A stretch of DNA of 55,428 nt, from positions 1 to 55,428 of IMG/VR virus record IMGVR_UViG_3300034102_000073; one strand, given 5' to 3'. This document shows, piece by piece, positions 9,901-18,473 of the stretch. The notes under the pieces are model-generated. The model saw nothing but the letters and a program-made list of their open reading frames with translations. It searched no databases and had not been told where the DNA came from. This DNA is from a virus. Lineage: Duplodnaviria; Caudoviricetes. Each line of letters opens with the position of its first letter. Position 1 is the stretch's first letter. The position numbers and the translations under genes were made by a program.

Positions 9901-12900
9901 ACGGATTCACGAGCGCGTAGGTAGCCCTTCCAAACTTTGCTATCTTCGGTTAGGTCTTTGATCCCCGGCACGTTGACCTTCTCTTTGACTACTTCGCCTT
10001 TGTCGTTGAGATACTCGACATCATAGGAGTAACCATTTTTAGCTTCGGCGAAGGTCAGCTTACCTAGCTCGAACAGACGATCAACTTCAGTCTGCCCATT
10101 CTCATTTACGGTCAGCGCCAACTGTCCTTTGTCATCGACATAGAACAGCGGGGTTTTACCTAGCTTACGAACGTCACCGACAGTGGCTACCTTATAGCGC
10201 AGTCCACCGTACAGCAACTTGTTGACCTGATCTAGTTCTTCCGTGGTGATGCCACCTACTTCACCAATACCGAGTTTGACTGCGCGATTAAGCAGCACAC
10301 CAAGACGTTCTTTCTCTGTGACCTTGATGTTCATCGCAAGGTCTTTACCGGAATTCAGGAGGTCGTTAATAGCAGACAAGCCTGCGTTCTCACGGGCGCG
10401 GAAGTTGGTCAGGCTAAAGAACTGAGTCACGAACTTGTCTGCCGCAAACGAGAACTTACCGGTCTTATCAATGAAGCGTTGTACTGCCTCGTTGATGGAC
10501 ATTGGAATACCAGCGGCATCGTCCATCATTAGACCAGCCATCAAGTTATCCCTACGTAGGTCGCCTGCCATTGCGAAACGTCCAGACCCGTCAATATCCT
10601 GCCCATGCACCATACTTACCATACGCTGTGCAACATCTTTGGCGTCGAAGAACTGCGAGGTCTGTCCATTGCGGGTGTAAGCACGGGCTTGGTTGACAAA
10701 GAACCTAGCCGTTTCGTCACCGAATTTAATACCCAACTTGTTGAGCGCACCCTTGATAGAGTTCCAGATACGCGCCAGCAGGCTGGAATCCAACTGTGCT
10801 GCAAAGTCCGCGAGGTATTCCTCAGTAGCTTCTGCTTTAGACTGGTCGGTGACCGACATAGCAGCGTCTACATATGACTGAATAGCAGGGCTGAACTTGT
10901 AGATTTGCTCCATCAGAGCGTTGAACTGCTTCTCTCCGATCAGGCTGCGCAGTCCGTTGTGACCAATGGCTTCGTGAGCCAGCACGAAATTCAACTGCTG
11001 CTCAGTTGCTACGCGGTCAGCAAACACAATAACCGTGTCGCCACCAAAGGAGTACGCCACAGCCGATACGTTATCGAAGTCACCTTGCGTACGAGCCGCA
11101 GCAGCACGGGCGTAGAGTTCAGGGTTACGCGCCTTGAGATCAGCTTGATTCTTGTAGATGAATGTACGTGGCTTGACTGCTAGGCGAGACAGGAAATTCG
11201 CCACCAACATCTTGATCTTACCCATTGGCACTGGGTTGGTGATCGGCGTGCCGTCATCACGCTCAAAGCGTCCGGTGTCATCACGGTTGTTAGTGCCATA
11301 GGCGTTCCAATCATCGAGAGAAAACGGCGAACGGTACTCACCCTTGGCTTGGCCTTCCTCAGAAATCTTCACATCGGGATCAACTTCTCCGCGATCTTCT
11401 GCCTCAAAGTTACGTACCTCAGTATCCGATACCTCACGGACATAGACGCGTAGTTTGCCATTGACCACACGGGTCTTTGGAGTACCGTCGTCAAAGTAAG
11501 CAGAGATAGGATTGCCGCCCGGTGTTTCCCAGTCCTCAAGTTCAGCAGCCTGTACGTCTGCATACAGTTTCTTCAGCGCATTGATGGCGTCTTGCTGCTG
11601 CTTAGTGGTGTACGCCATACGGTTGGAGTTCAAACGCTGAATCTCGTCGAACAACTTAGTGGCAGGATTGCGTTTGGTGAAGTCGTTAGCCCCGTTGTCT
11701 TTTGCTTCTGTACCACCACGCTTGAGTTTCTTCAGCGTGTCCTTAGGGAAGTTGTCAGGACGTAGCTGCCCACCATCAAGATACAGTTGGGCGTCGTTTA
11801 CGCTGATACCAGTAAGGCGGGTCTTGATCTGCGGGAGTAATTCGTTTTCCTGCGCAAACTTAAACCATGGCTTTTCCATGCCTTTGTTTTCACCACGGGT
11901 GTACACGGCTTCGATAGTCTGAAGGGTATTGACCTCGTTCAGCACTATTTGTTTGATGAGCGCACGCTCAGTACTGCTCCAGTTCTTACTAGACAGATAG
12001 TCACGAGCGCGGGCTACAGCTTCAGCAAGATTAGTTTCTTCCGGCGAGAAGTATGCGTATCTAACCACAGTGGTTAGCGCATCAGCTTTACCTCTGATCG
12101 TCGTAGCTTCCTCGACGTTATTGATCTCATCGTTGACTACGCTGAGCGGAGTTATCTCGCCTTTGAGTAGACCTTCTTCTTTCTGCTCGTCAATGTATGA
12201 CTCAGTTAGAAGATTGGCCTCAGCCATAGTGGCCTTGCCACGAGTGACAAGGTTGCGCCACGACTGCTGGTGAACTGGGTTTAGCTTGTCGAACGTCGGT
12301 GCGTTATCAGGCTTTTTATCCTCCCACTGTTCTTCAGCAGTGACAGGCTCAGGCTCAGCTTTTTTTGGCTCGGCCTTTTTCTCAACCTTACCTTTCTTCA
12401 AGGTAGCAGCTTTTGGAGCAGGAACAATCTCTTGCTCTTTGCCAGCCTTGACTACATCTTTCCGAACAGCTTCTTGCTTATCTTCTTGCTTCTTTGCTTT
12501 GAGGGCTTGACCTTTTCCGGCAGTTTTCGGTTGTCCGGTGTCTCCTTCTCCCACCTTTTCGCCATCTCTGGTTCGTTTGCGTGCATCCAGCGGCGTTGGC
12601 TTTCGCTCTTGAACGGCATTTGTTTCCTCCCCTTTATAGACAGTTCGGACTGTCGTGTCTCCAATTTGGTCTAACAAAAATGCACGGTGATGCCCGTCGT
12701 TAATATAAAAAGAACCATCGGGCAATGCTGTTACGACTATTGGGTTTTGCGCAGTAAAGTCACGCAGACGTTGTTGTGCTTCGGGGTCTGCCTTAAACGC
12801 ATCGACCATCTCCCGCATGGTCATATATTCATCAATGTTCTTCATCCCCGCGACATTAGTCAGTATGTCGAATACTTGGGATTCAGTAACACCCTGAGTA

Positions 12901-15551
12901 CCAATCGCACCATTAGGACGCTTTATATTTGCAATAAGAAAATCAAACGATCCTTCTGCTGGCTTTACTTCTTGTTTCTTTCCTCGCTTCAAACCCCGCA
13001 TATTTTGCGCAGCACGCGCCGCCGCAATAGTATTTGCCGTGACTGGTGCGCCTGTCGGTGGAATCTGGGTAGTGCCTTGCTGCGTAGTCGGTACAACTTG
13101 CTGCCGCGTGCCTGCACTCTTTAGCGCTGCTACTGTAGGCTCGCCTTTTTGCGTGAACAACGCCATCTGTCCCATACGACGAAGATCGGCAGGAGTAACG
13201 GGTGTTACAGGTGCAACAGGCTCAGGTAATTGTGTACCCACACCACGGCGCAAACCTTCGGCACGAGAAGGACGAGGCAAATCACGGGGTCTAAATAACG
13301 GCAACTGCTGAGGGGTACGCTCACGAGGCGCAGTCATCGGCAGTGAAGGTGTCTGCGGTGTGCTTTCCTGCGGGAAAGCCAAATCCAGTTGGCGCTGGTT
13401 CTGTGCTGCTTGCGCTAAACGAGCTATCTCTGCCTCGCGCTGCGCAGCGGCAGCAGCCTCAGCTTGCTGAAACGCAGCCTGCCGTGCCTGTTGGTCTTGC
13501 AACTGCTGGAGTTGACCAGCCATCTGATTGTTGAACGGAGCCTGAGGTGCAGGTGGAGCGAACTGTAATGCACCCTGACGAGGATCAGAAGTAGGACTAC
13601 CAAGTGGCTGCGCATTAGGGATAATACCGAGTTGCCGTGCATAAGCGATTGCCTCAGGGTCTTCATTCAGTAAACCAATCTGAAGGTCTTTGACGCTCTG
13701 ATACCGAACTTGCCCACCCATGCGCGATGCCAATTCCTGCGCAGAGATGCTACCGCCAAATACATCGAGTACACCTTGCGAACCTTGCGTTGCACCGGGC
13801 GGGACGTTACCTTGTTGCCGTAGCATTTGGTCGGGGTAAGCCACGCCTTGCGGGGTGACCATCATTGTCGGGCCACCGACAGGACTTACCGGCGACACAG
13901 GGCCACCTAGCATTGGCGGTGGCGGTGGCGGCAGGGCAGGGAATTCCCTAGTAAATGCACCACCCTGCATAGGTGCAGCGGGCGGCGTTGGCGGCGGGCT
14001 AGTCGGAACAACAGCCCCGCCAGTAGTAGGCGGAGATGGGTCTTTGCCGCTGTCTAGAAGGTTTACTGCTAACTTGTTGTCACGAAGGTTGCTCAGGCCA
14101 CCAATGGGGCCACCGACACCAAAGCCAGCGGCAAAGGCGTTCAGCAATCGGCGACGCCCTTCAGGAGAATCAATGTTTACGTCTTTGTTGGCGTAGATAC
14201 CGAGCGATTCTTGGAAGGCTTCAGTCGCACCTTCTGCCAAACCACCAACGGCTGTACCCGTGGCGAGCCGCCGCCCGACTTCAAGGCTCTTACCTCCAAG
14301 GGTTTTTATATCACCTAGTGCGCCGCGTGCCATCCATTGAGGAGTACCACCCACACCGAAGATACGACTTGCAGCCAAGAACTCAGCGGCAGATTCAGCC
14401 AGACCGTAGGGGATGCCCAAAGCCACAGCCATCAGGCGATCACCTTCACCGTCGCCGCTCTCTAGGGTTTCTCCGTAGATGTCTGAGATACCAGTGGCGA
14501 TGTTCTGTCCAGTGGTTGCAAGCGTAGCCCCGCCAATCTGACCGGCACGCCTGTAGTACTGAGACAGAGTGTTCTCCGCAGCTTGACGTAGTGCAGCAGC
14601 TTCTTGCTGGATAGCAAGCCGTTCTGCTTGGTTCTTTGCTTGTGCAGCCAGCACCGCATCGTAGGGAATCAGGGCGCGAGAAGCCGATGGGTTCTTAATT
14701 GCCGCTGCTGCGGTAATACCAGCAGCTTCTTTGAGAAGTTTTGTTTCCGCTGCATCAAGAGCTTCACCGCGCAGATGCTTCTGCGCTGCCAGCATCACAC
14801 CCTTCTTGAATGTCTCCTTACCAGTCAGCGCCATAATTGCGCCGCCTGTAGCAGTTACAGGGTTCGGGCCACCACCGGCTGCGCCACCTGCGAGGAAGCC
14901 GACAGCACCAGTCACAATAGACTCAATAAGATTCGGGCCTTGTTGGGCAAGGTTAGCGGCGAACCAGTCGAACAACCCACGGTCACCGGATGTAACACCC
15001 ATGCCGTAGTCTTTCTTGTCGCCGATACCTGTGAACTCCCGCTGGTATACCTGATTACGGGACAAGTCTTGGATTTGCTGTTCGACTACGTTCCTGCCAA
15101 CCTTCTCCATACCAAGGAACTGTAGGCCGTAGCCACCAAGCAACTGAAGATTATCAACTCCGATACCGAAGTTCTTCTTCATCAACTGCCATGTAGTTGG
15201 GTCAGCGATGCTCTTAGCATGGGATAGATAGCCACTCACCGATACAGGACGCCAATCACCATCAGGCAATGGAGTACGCCCTCCATCAGGGCGCATATTC
15301 TTCAGTGACTCTACAACCGCTGTGTCGTTGTCAGCGTCGAACGTAGTACCGTTGACAAACAATCTGTTGGTTGACGGGCTGTATGCGACCGTAGCAGCAG
15401 GAATAAATGGTTGGAAAGCCGGAGCTTGAGGCCGTGGAGCAGCAGCATCAAGAGCGGCAGAATACCGCCCAAGATCAATACCCCCCATACCACTGCCCGG
15501 TTGGGGCGTCAGTCCGTAAGGAAGTCCTACCGTCAGTGCTTGGTCAGCCAT
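6975..15551 (-). CDS. Giant (2858 aa) internal virion/ejection protein, polyvalent: ParB-like domain and zincin metallopeptidase domain
   Basis: Last gene of the morphogenesis operon; INDGHHRA ParB-like motif; LAHEAIGH...EEYLA zincin motif; GAGG RBS. Confidence 0.85.
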   Translation of the reverse strand: MADQALTVGLPYGLTPQPGSGMGGIDLGRYSAALDAAAPRPQAPAFQPFIPAATVAYSPSTNRLFVNGTTFDADNDTAVVESLKNMRPDGGRTPLPDGDWRPVSVSGYLSHAKSIADPTTWQLMKKNFGIGVDNLQLLGGYGLQFLGMEKVGRNVVEQQIQDLSRNQVYQREFTGIGDKKDYGMGVTSGDRGLFDWFAANLAQQGPNLIESIVTGAVGFLAGGAAGGGPNPVTATGGAIMALTGKETFKKGVMLAAQKHLRGEALDAAETKLLKEAAGITAAAAIKNPSASRALIPYDAVLAAQAKNQAERLAIQQEAAALRQAAENTLSQYYRRAGQIGGATLATTGQNIATGISDIYGETLESGDGEGDRLMAVALGIPYGLAESAAEFLAASRIFGVGGTPQWMARGALGDIKTLGGKSLEVGRRLATGTAVGGLAEGATEAFQESLGIYANKDVNIDSPEGRRRLLNAFAAGFGVGGPIGGLSNLRDNKLAVNLLDSGKDPSPPTTGGAVVPTSPPPTPPAAPMQGGAFTREFPALPPPPPPMLGGPVSPVSPVGGPTMMVTPQGVAYPDQMLRQQGNVPPGATQGSQGVLDVFGGSISAQELASRMGGQVRYQSVKDLQIGLLNEDPEAIAYARQLGIIPNAQPLGSPTSDPRQGALQFAPPAPQAPFNNQMAGQLQQLQDQQARQAAFQQAEAAAAAQREAEIARLAQAAQNQRQLDLAFPQESTPQTPSLPMTAPRERTPQQLPLFRPRDLPRPSRAEGLRRGVGTQLPEPVAPVTPVTPADLRRMGQMALFTQKGEPTVAALKSAGTRQQVVPTTQQGTTQIPPTGAPVTANTIAAARAAQNMRGLKRGKKQEVKPAEGSFDFLIANIKRPNGAIGTQGVTESQVFDILTNVAGMKNIDEYMTMREMVDAFKADPEAQQRLRDFTAQNPIVVTALPDGSFYINDGHHRAFLLDQIGDTTVRTVYKGEETNAVQERKPTPLDARKRTRDGEKVGEGDTGQPKTAGKGQALKAKKQEDKQEAVRKDVVKAGKEQEIVPAPKAATLKKGKVEKKAEPKKAEPEPVTAEEQWEDKKPDNAPTFDKLNPVHQQSWRNLVTRGKATMAEANLLTESYIDEQKEEGLLKGEITPLSVVNDEINNVEEATTIRGKADALTTVVRYAYFSPEETNLAEAVARARDYLSSKNWSSTERALIKQIVLNEVNTLQTIEAVYTRGENKGMEKPWFKFAQENELLPQIKTRLTGISVNDAQLYLDGGQLRPDNFPKDTLKKLKRGGTEAKDNGANDFTKRNPATKLFDEIQRLNSNRMAYTTKQQQDAINALKKLYADVQAAELEDWETPGGNPISAYFDDGTPKTRVVNGKLRVYVREVSDTEVRNFEAEDRGEVDPDVKISEEGQAKGEYRSPFSLDDWNAYGTNNRDDTGRFERDDGTPITNPVPMGKIKMLVANFLSRLAVKPRTFIYKNQADLKARNPELYARAAAARTQGDFDNVSAVAYSFGGDTVIVFADRVATEQQLNFVLAHEAIGHNGLRSLIGEKQFNALMEQIYKFSPAIQSYVDAAMSVTDQSKAEATEEYLADFAAQLDSSLLARIWNSIKGALNKLGIKFGDETARFFVNQARAYTRNGQTSQFFDAKDVAQRMVSMVHGQDIDGSGRFAMAGDLRRDNLMAGLMMDDAAGIPMSINEAVQRFIDKTGKFSFAADKFVTQFFSLTNFRARENAGLSAINDLLNSGKDLAMNIKVTEKERLGVLLNRAVKLGIGEVGGITTEELDQVNKLLYGGLRYKVATVGDVRKLGKTPLFYVDDKGQLALTVNENGQTEVDRLFELGKLTFAEAKNGYSYDVEYLNDKGEVVKEKVNVPGIKDLTEDSKVWKGYLRARESVKEVEVKLLWARYSSFLQDQDLAFREIADITKPNAEGKYALTAAERQAFQRIYRRYKEFYTADKTYDENGDPMLNSASIEKANDFIVAVNKAIILGEQMDYDRFASFFDDKTVADDAIAFAKDFKQRLVFPEGDEQAKFTIQNRLKDIITFEVANDDADLFTKKSLATGYTPINRKGDHQVRVVVTNAAGRVVNLKQDYKNMLVYSQFEGKDEAVAFARTLNQDLFGDRTYKAEVYDEASGRYTIQEVKLTAMPGAALNSIAAPLELNLNEFVRGLRQFGITLNPVKMENVVVALTKQNARARNRLKREFTPGASSDGVQAIMQHVEARASTIAKVIIRPRLSEIMNRNLRSSNELWNGSKSVLETKRRHWEAMEKNPTATREEKHYAKVDYYRYAFMYNKTNEGGTYEKANQYYNEAAQLLAFLNNNRNVDESDFGSGEVASSVRAYTSVFQLGLSIATGALNYVGAVTNGIPYLATYNSKTAFGGGFGFAKSMAAFGIALNQVGLRKSTMTSLGNIGQDTPGFETAEFYDAVAKDPKLQAKYGLRSHEAKFIADEIREGVMIPAQSNALTATARGRVTSGAGQKLLDGMMWTFNSTEQAVRRGLGLAAYRLAYDRAIAAGRSPAEATTDARAFAVETLKFTLGEYSVMNRPSAWRTGLQSFLYMYKVYPTTTIQLLNRLDRPGKVAMLVSLWLFGGLLAFPFAEDAEDLLDTLAQKLGITGSVRYEVAKYLDQIAPGISPYVMRGVLNSFIPADIASRVSVGNFVPGTGLLLAGSNAAKELEEIGGPSLSMLWGVASTIPNAIRAPFSEKISMVDVLRENPITMGRALGDMLAYDSAGAIIDRRGYVVSKDLTAGTYLTRALGFYPVAAAQQYEFIRTARRMTDYQREISAGYQQAWIKARMSGDSDQVRDINAAVADWNRAAYGTPLYIANFQENAAKAYAEAIRPATQRYLRTAPKASRTDLRSAAEILSY
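12452..12619 (-). CDS. Nested out-of-frame small basic protein (55 aa, MPFKSESQRRWMHANEPEMAKRWEKETP...)
   Basis: GGGGAGG RBS 6 nt before ATG; +1 frame relative to the giant ORF; resembles, from memory, small stand-alone phage proteins beginning MPFKS.AQRR. Confidence 0.7.
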   Translation of the reverse strand: MPFKSESQRRWMHANEPEMAKRWEKETPDNRKLPEKVKPSKQRSKKISKKLFGKM

Positions 15552-15563
15552 TTATGCCTCTAC

Positions 15564-18461
15564 TTATTTTCTATTGACATTTAGTCCGCGATTCATTTGG
15601 GTAGGTAGAACAGTTATGTTCTCCGCTGAAAACTTACCGTCTGTACCCATCTTAGCCGGGTTCATATCGAACCTAGCAACATAGTTTCCATCTTTTGAGA
15701 AGGCCACCAAGCTTTCACCGCCGTCAGGGTTGATAACTTTCTGAGGGCTATCGAATCCTTGCATCTCCATAGCCTTCTTAATAAGCTCCGTCTGGCTCTT
15801 AAAGGATTCTACTTTTAGTGAATTGATTCCTTTTACCAATTCGACCTGAACCAACTTAGCGGTTTCTAACTGCGTCTCAAACTGTTTACTATACAGCGCA
15901 GCTTCAGCATCCTGCTTTCTCTGCCGGTATGACTGGTCAATAGTCCGCATAGCCATGTCTGCAAGTGTAGCCTTATCAAGTACATTGGCGACACGTAACT
16001 CTCCGTCTACCGGCATATACAGATTAAATTTACCATCTGTTCGAGGTTGAATACGAATTTCCTGTCCAGAATACCAAGACCAGATACGCTCAAGCCGCTG
16101 GGGATTGTTTGCATACTGGAAGTCATGTAGTGCTTGGTACGTGATAGACATACCAAGATTGTTGTCCACTCCTTCCAAACCTTTCTGGATAGCTTGGTCA
16201 GTGGTAACCATGTCTTGCTGATACTTCAACCTAGATTGGTTGATCTGCCCGTCCAGAGTACGAATCTGATCTAGCTTACTCTGAGCTTCTTTAATCAACC
16301 CATTACGGCGTGCAACTTCAGCTTCCATAGCCAACTGCTGACGTTGCTGCGAAGCAAGTCCCAATTCATTTTTATAGAATTGTTCGATGGCAGCACGAGA
16401 TTGCTGGTACTGCTGTATAGCCGTGTTACGCTGATAGAGCAGTTTGTTTGTCTCGAAGTTGTGCTGCTCAGGAGTCATCGAGAGCGCAACGCGCACTCGC
16501 TTCAAAACCTCATCAGACTCCAAATCACCAGCGGGTTTAGATACTCCAGCAACTTGCGCAGGAGCTTCTGCCGCTGGCTGATCTTGGCGCACACCCGGTG
16601 AAACTTGAACATTCTGGGCATCGGGGCGAACTACATAACGACCAGTGTTGTCTACCTGAACTCTAGCTGTACGTCGTCCATACAAATCTTGATACTGCTT
16701 CGGCTGCAAGTGTAGCCCCATCGGGTCTTTAGCGACTGATGGATACAAGTCCATAAGCCTGCCGGTAAACTCGACGTTGTTTGTTTGCGCCAATTGCGAT
16801 AGGAAATCGTTCTGCCCAGTTGTCGGATTCTTTTGTGTCCCCGGCCCAGTTCCGAAGATCACAGGAACACCGCCTTTAGATTTGATAAAGGCGATCTGTT
16901 GTTCTACAGCAGTACGCTCAGCAGGGTTGTTAGGCAAACCTGTACCAAGATAAATGGTCACGCCGTTAAGATCATTCTTAGCCGCGTATTCTTTCAGCAT
17001 TTTCAGGACAGCCGTAGGGCTTGCACCTGTTTTGTAGGAGCCATCTAACTTGTTTGCCTTCGCAAACCCTTCAGCCAGACTATCACCTATAGCTATGACC
17101 TTACCACTTGGGGCAGCCGCAGCTTGCTTGGTGGTTTGTGGAGCAGCTTGTGGCACACCAGTTTTTGCAAGCTGGTTATATTGCGCGATGTAGTTTTTGG
17201 TTTCAGTAGGTAGCGCATTGGGATTGCTACCCTTCTTGATCCAGTTGTCTACATTGCCCGGCCCCCAGTTATATGCAGCCAATGCGTAGTAGACATTGTT
17301 ATCGTAACGATTCAACATCGCTGCAAAATAGTCCCGCCCAAACCGACGGTTCTCCTCAGGAGAATTATTTTGCAGAGGCTTAACACCGAAGCCGGGGTCT
17401 TTACCAGTCGCACGCATGATCTGCATTGCGCCCTGTGCGCCTTTAGGACTGACCGCGTTAACATTTCCACGACTTTCAATGTACTCAATGATCGGTACAA
17501 CCTGTTCTACTACCGAGGAAGTTTTAGTTGCTGCTCGACGCGAGTCACGAATAGCGCCTTCTTTTTTGAACGCGTTTACAAATCCAACAGGGTCAATATC
17601 TGCTATCGGTAAAGCGTTAGGGTTCTGGTTGAAGTAGTCAATAGCTTCTTTGCTATTGAACCAGTCCAGTGCCTCAGTAATAGCCGCACGTTTGTTTGCT
17701 TCCTGCGCGGTATCAGTGAAGTATCCTTTGATCGCGCCGAACACATTACCCGCTAGGCCGTAGTCACCCGTAGCAAGTTTGTTGCGGATATTTTCACGGG
17801 CACGATTAACTGCTAACTGTGCGTTTTGTGTAGCTGCATTGCGGTTAAATCCGGCGAGATTCGGGTCAACCTTTGTATACCCCGGAATGTTGGCATCAAT
17901 CTCTCCTACACGGCTTCTACCATTAGGAATGAAATCCGGTACGGTTAGTGAAGTGCCTTTACCCTGTGCATTTGCGTAGATTTTTTCACGGATAGCAGCA
18001 GGAAATTTACCATTCTGTGCTTCGTAATTTTGTAGGTACGTAGTCGCATCTATTGGTACTTGGTCAGAACCAGCAACCGCAGGTTCAGGAACACGATTTA
18101 CAGGCTGAGTAGCGTCTTTCCAAGTACTGACTTTGCCATCAGACGCAGGAGCGGGCACTGGAACCGGGGCAGGTTCGCGCACTACATAGGGAGTACGGAA
18201 GGTAGAAGCATCCCCCGGCATGGGTTTGTTCGTAACGTCAAACACCGAGGGCGGCATTGTGAAACCTACCGGCTGTAGCCCCGCTACATTATCTTTAACT
18301 GTAGGTAAGCGTTGCTGTAGCTCCGCACGTTGCCGCTCTGCGCGATAGAAGTCGTCAGTTTCTTGAACCGCACCCAACATCTGCGGGATACGGCGCATGG
18401 TTTGAAACTGCGCATCTTCATTCGCAGGGATTGATCTAAAGAACGCATCAAGTCCAGCCAT
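15564..18461 (-). CDS. Internal virion protein with SLT lytic transglycosylase and SGNH/GDSL hydrolase domains
   Basis: IESRGN..AVSPKGAQGAMQIM, ALAAYNWGPG, ETKNY; then IAIGDSL...DPMGLHL; AAGGAG RBS. Confidence 0.88.
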   Translation of the reverse strand: MAGLDAFFRSIPANEDAQFQTMRRIPQMLGAVQETDDFYRAERQRAELQQRLPTVKDNVAGLQPVGFTMPPSVFDVTNKPMPGDASTFRTPYVVREPAPVPVPAPASDGKVSTWKDATQPVNRVPEPAVAGSDQVPIDATTYLQNYEAQNGKFPAAIREKIYANAQGKGTSLTVPDFIPNGRSRVGEIDANIPGYTKVDPNLAGFNRNAATQNAQLAVNRARENIRNKLATGDYGLAGNVFGAIKGYFTDTAQEANKRAAITEALDWFNSKEAIDYFNQNPNALPIADIDPVGFVNAFKKEGAIRDSRRAATKTSSVVEQVVPIIEYIESRGNVNAVSPKGAQGAMQIMRATGKDPGFGVKPLQNNSPEENRRFGRDYFAAMLNRYDNNVYYALAAYNWGPGNVDNWIKKGSNPNALPTETKNYIAQYNQLAKTGVPQAAPQTTKQAAAAPSGKVIAIGDSLAEGFAKANKLDGSYKTGASPTAVLKMLKEYAAKNDLNGVTIYLGTGLPNNPAERTAVEQQIAFIKSKGGVPVIFGTGPGTQKNPTTGQNDFLSQLAQTNNVEFTGRLMDLYPSVAKDPMGLHLQPKQYQDLYGRRTARVQVDNTGRYVVRPDAQNVQVSPGVRQDQPAAEAPAQVAGVSKPAGDLESDEVLKRVRVALSMTPEQHNFETNKLLYQRNTAIQQYQQSRAAIEQFYKNELGLASQQRQQLAMEAEVARRNGLIKEAQSKLDQIRTLDGQINQSRLKYQQDMVTTDQAIQKGLEGVDNNLGMSITYQALHDFQYANNPQRLERIWSWYSGQEIRIQPRTDGKFNLYMPVDGELRVANVLDKATLADMAMRTIDQSYRQRKQDAEAALYSKQFETQLETAKLVQVELVKGINSLKVESFKSQTELIKKAMEMQGFDSPQKVINPDGGESLVAFSKDGNYVARFDMNPAKMGTDGKFSAENITVLPTQMNRGLNVNRK

Positions 18462-18473
18462 GCTGTTTCTCCT

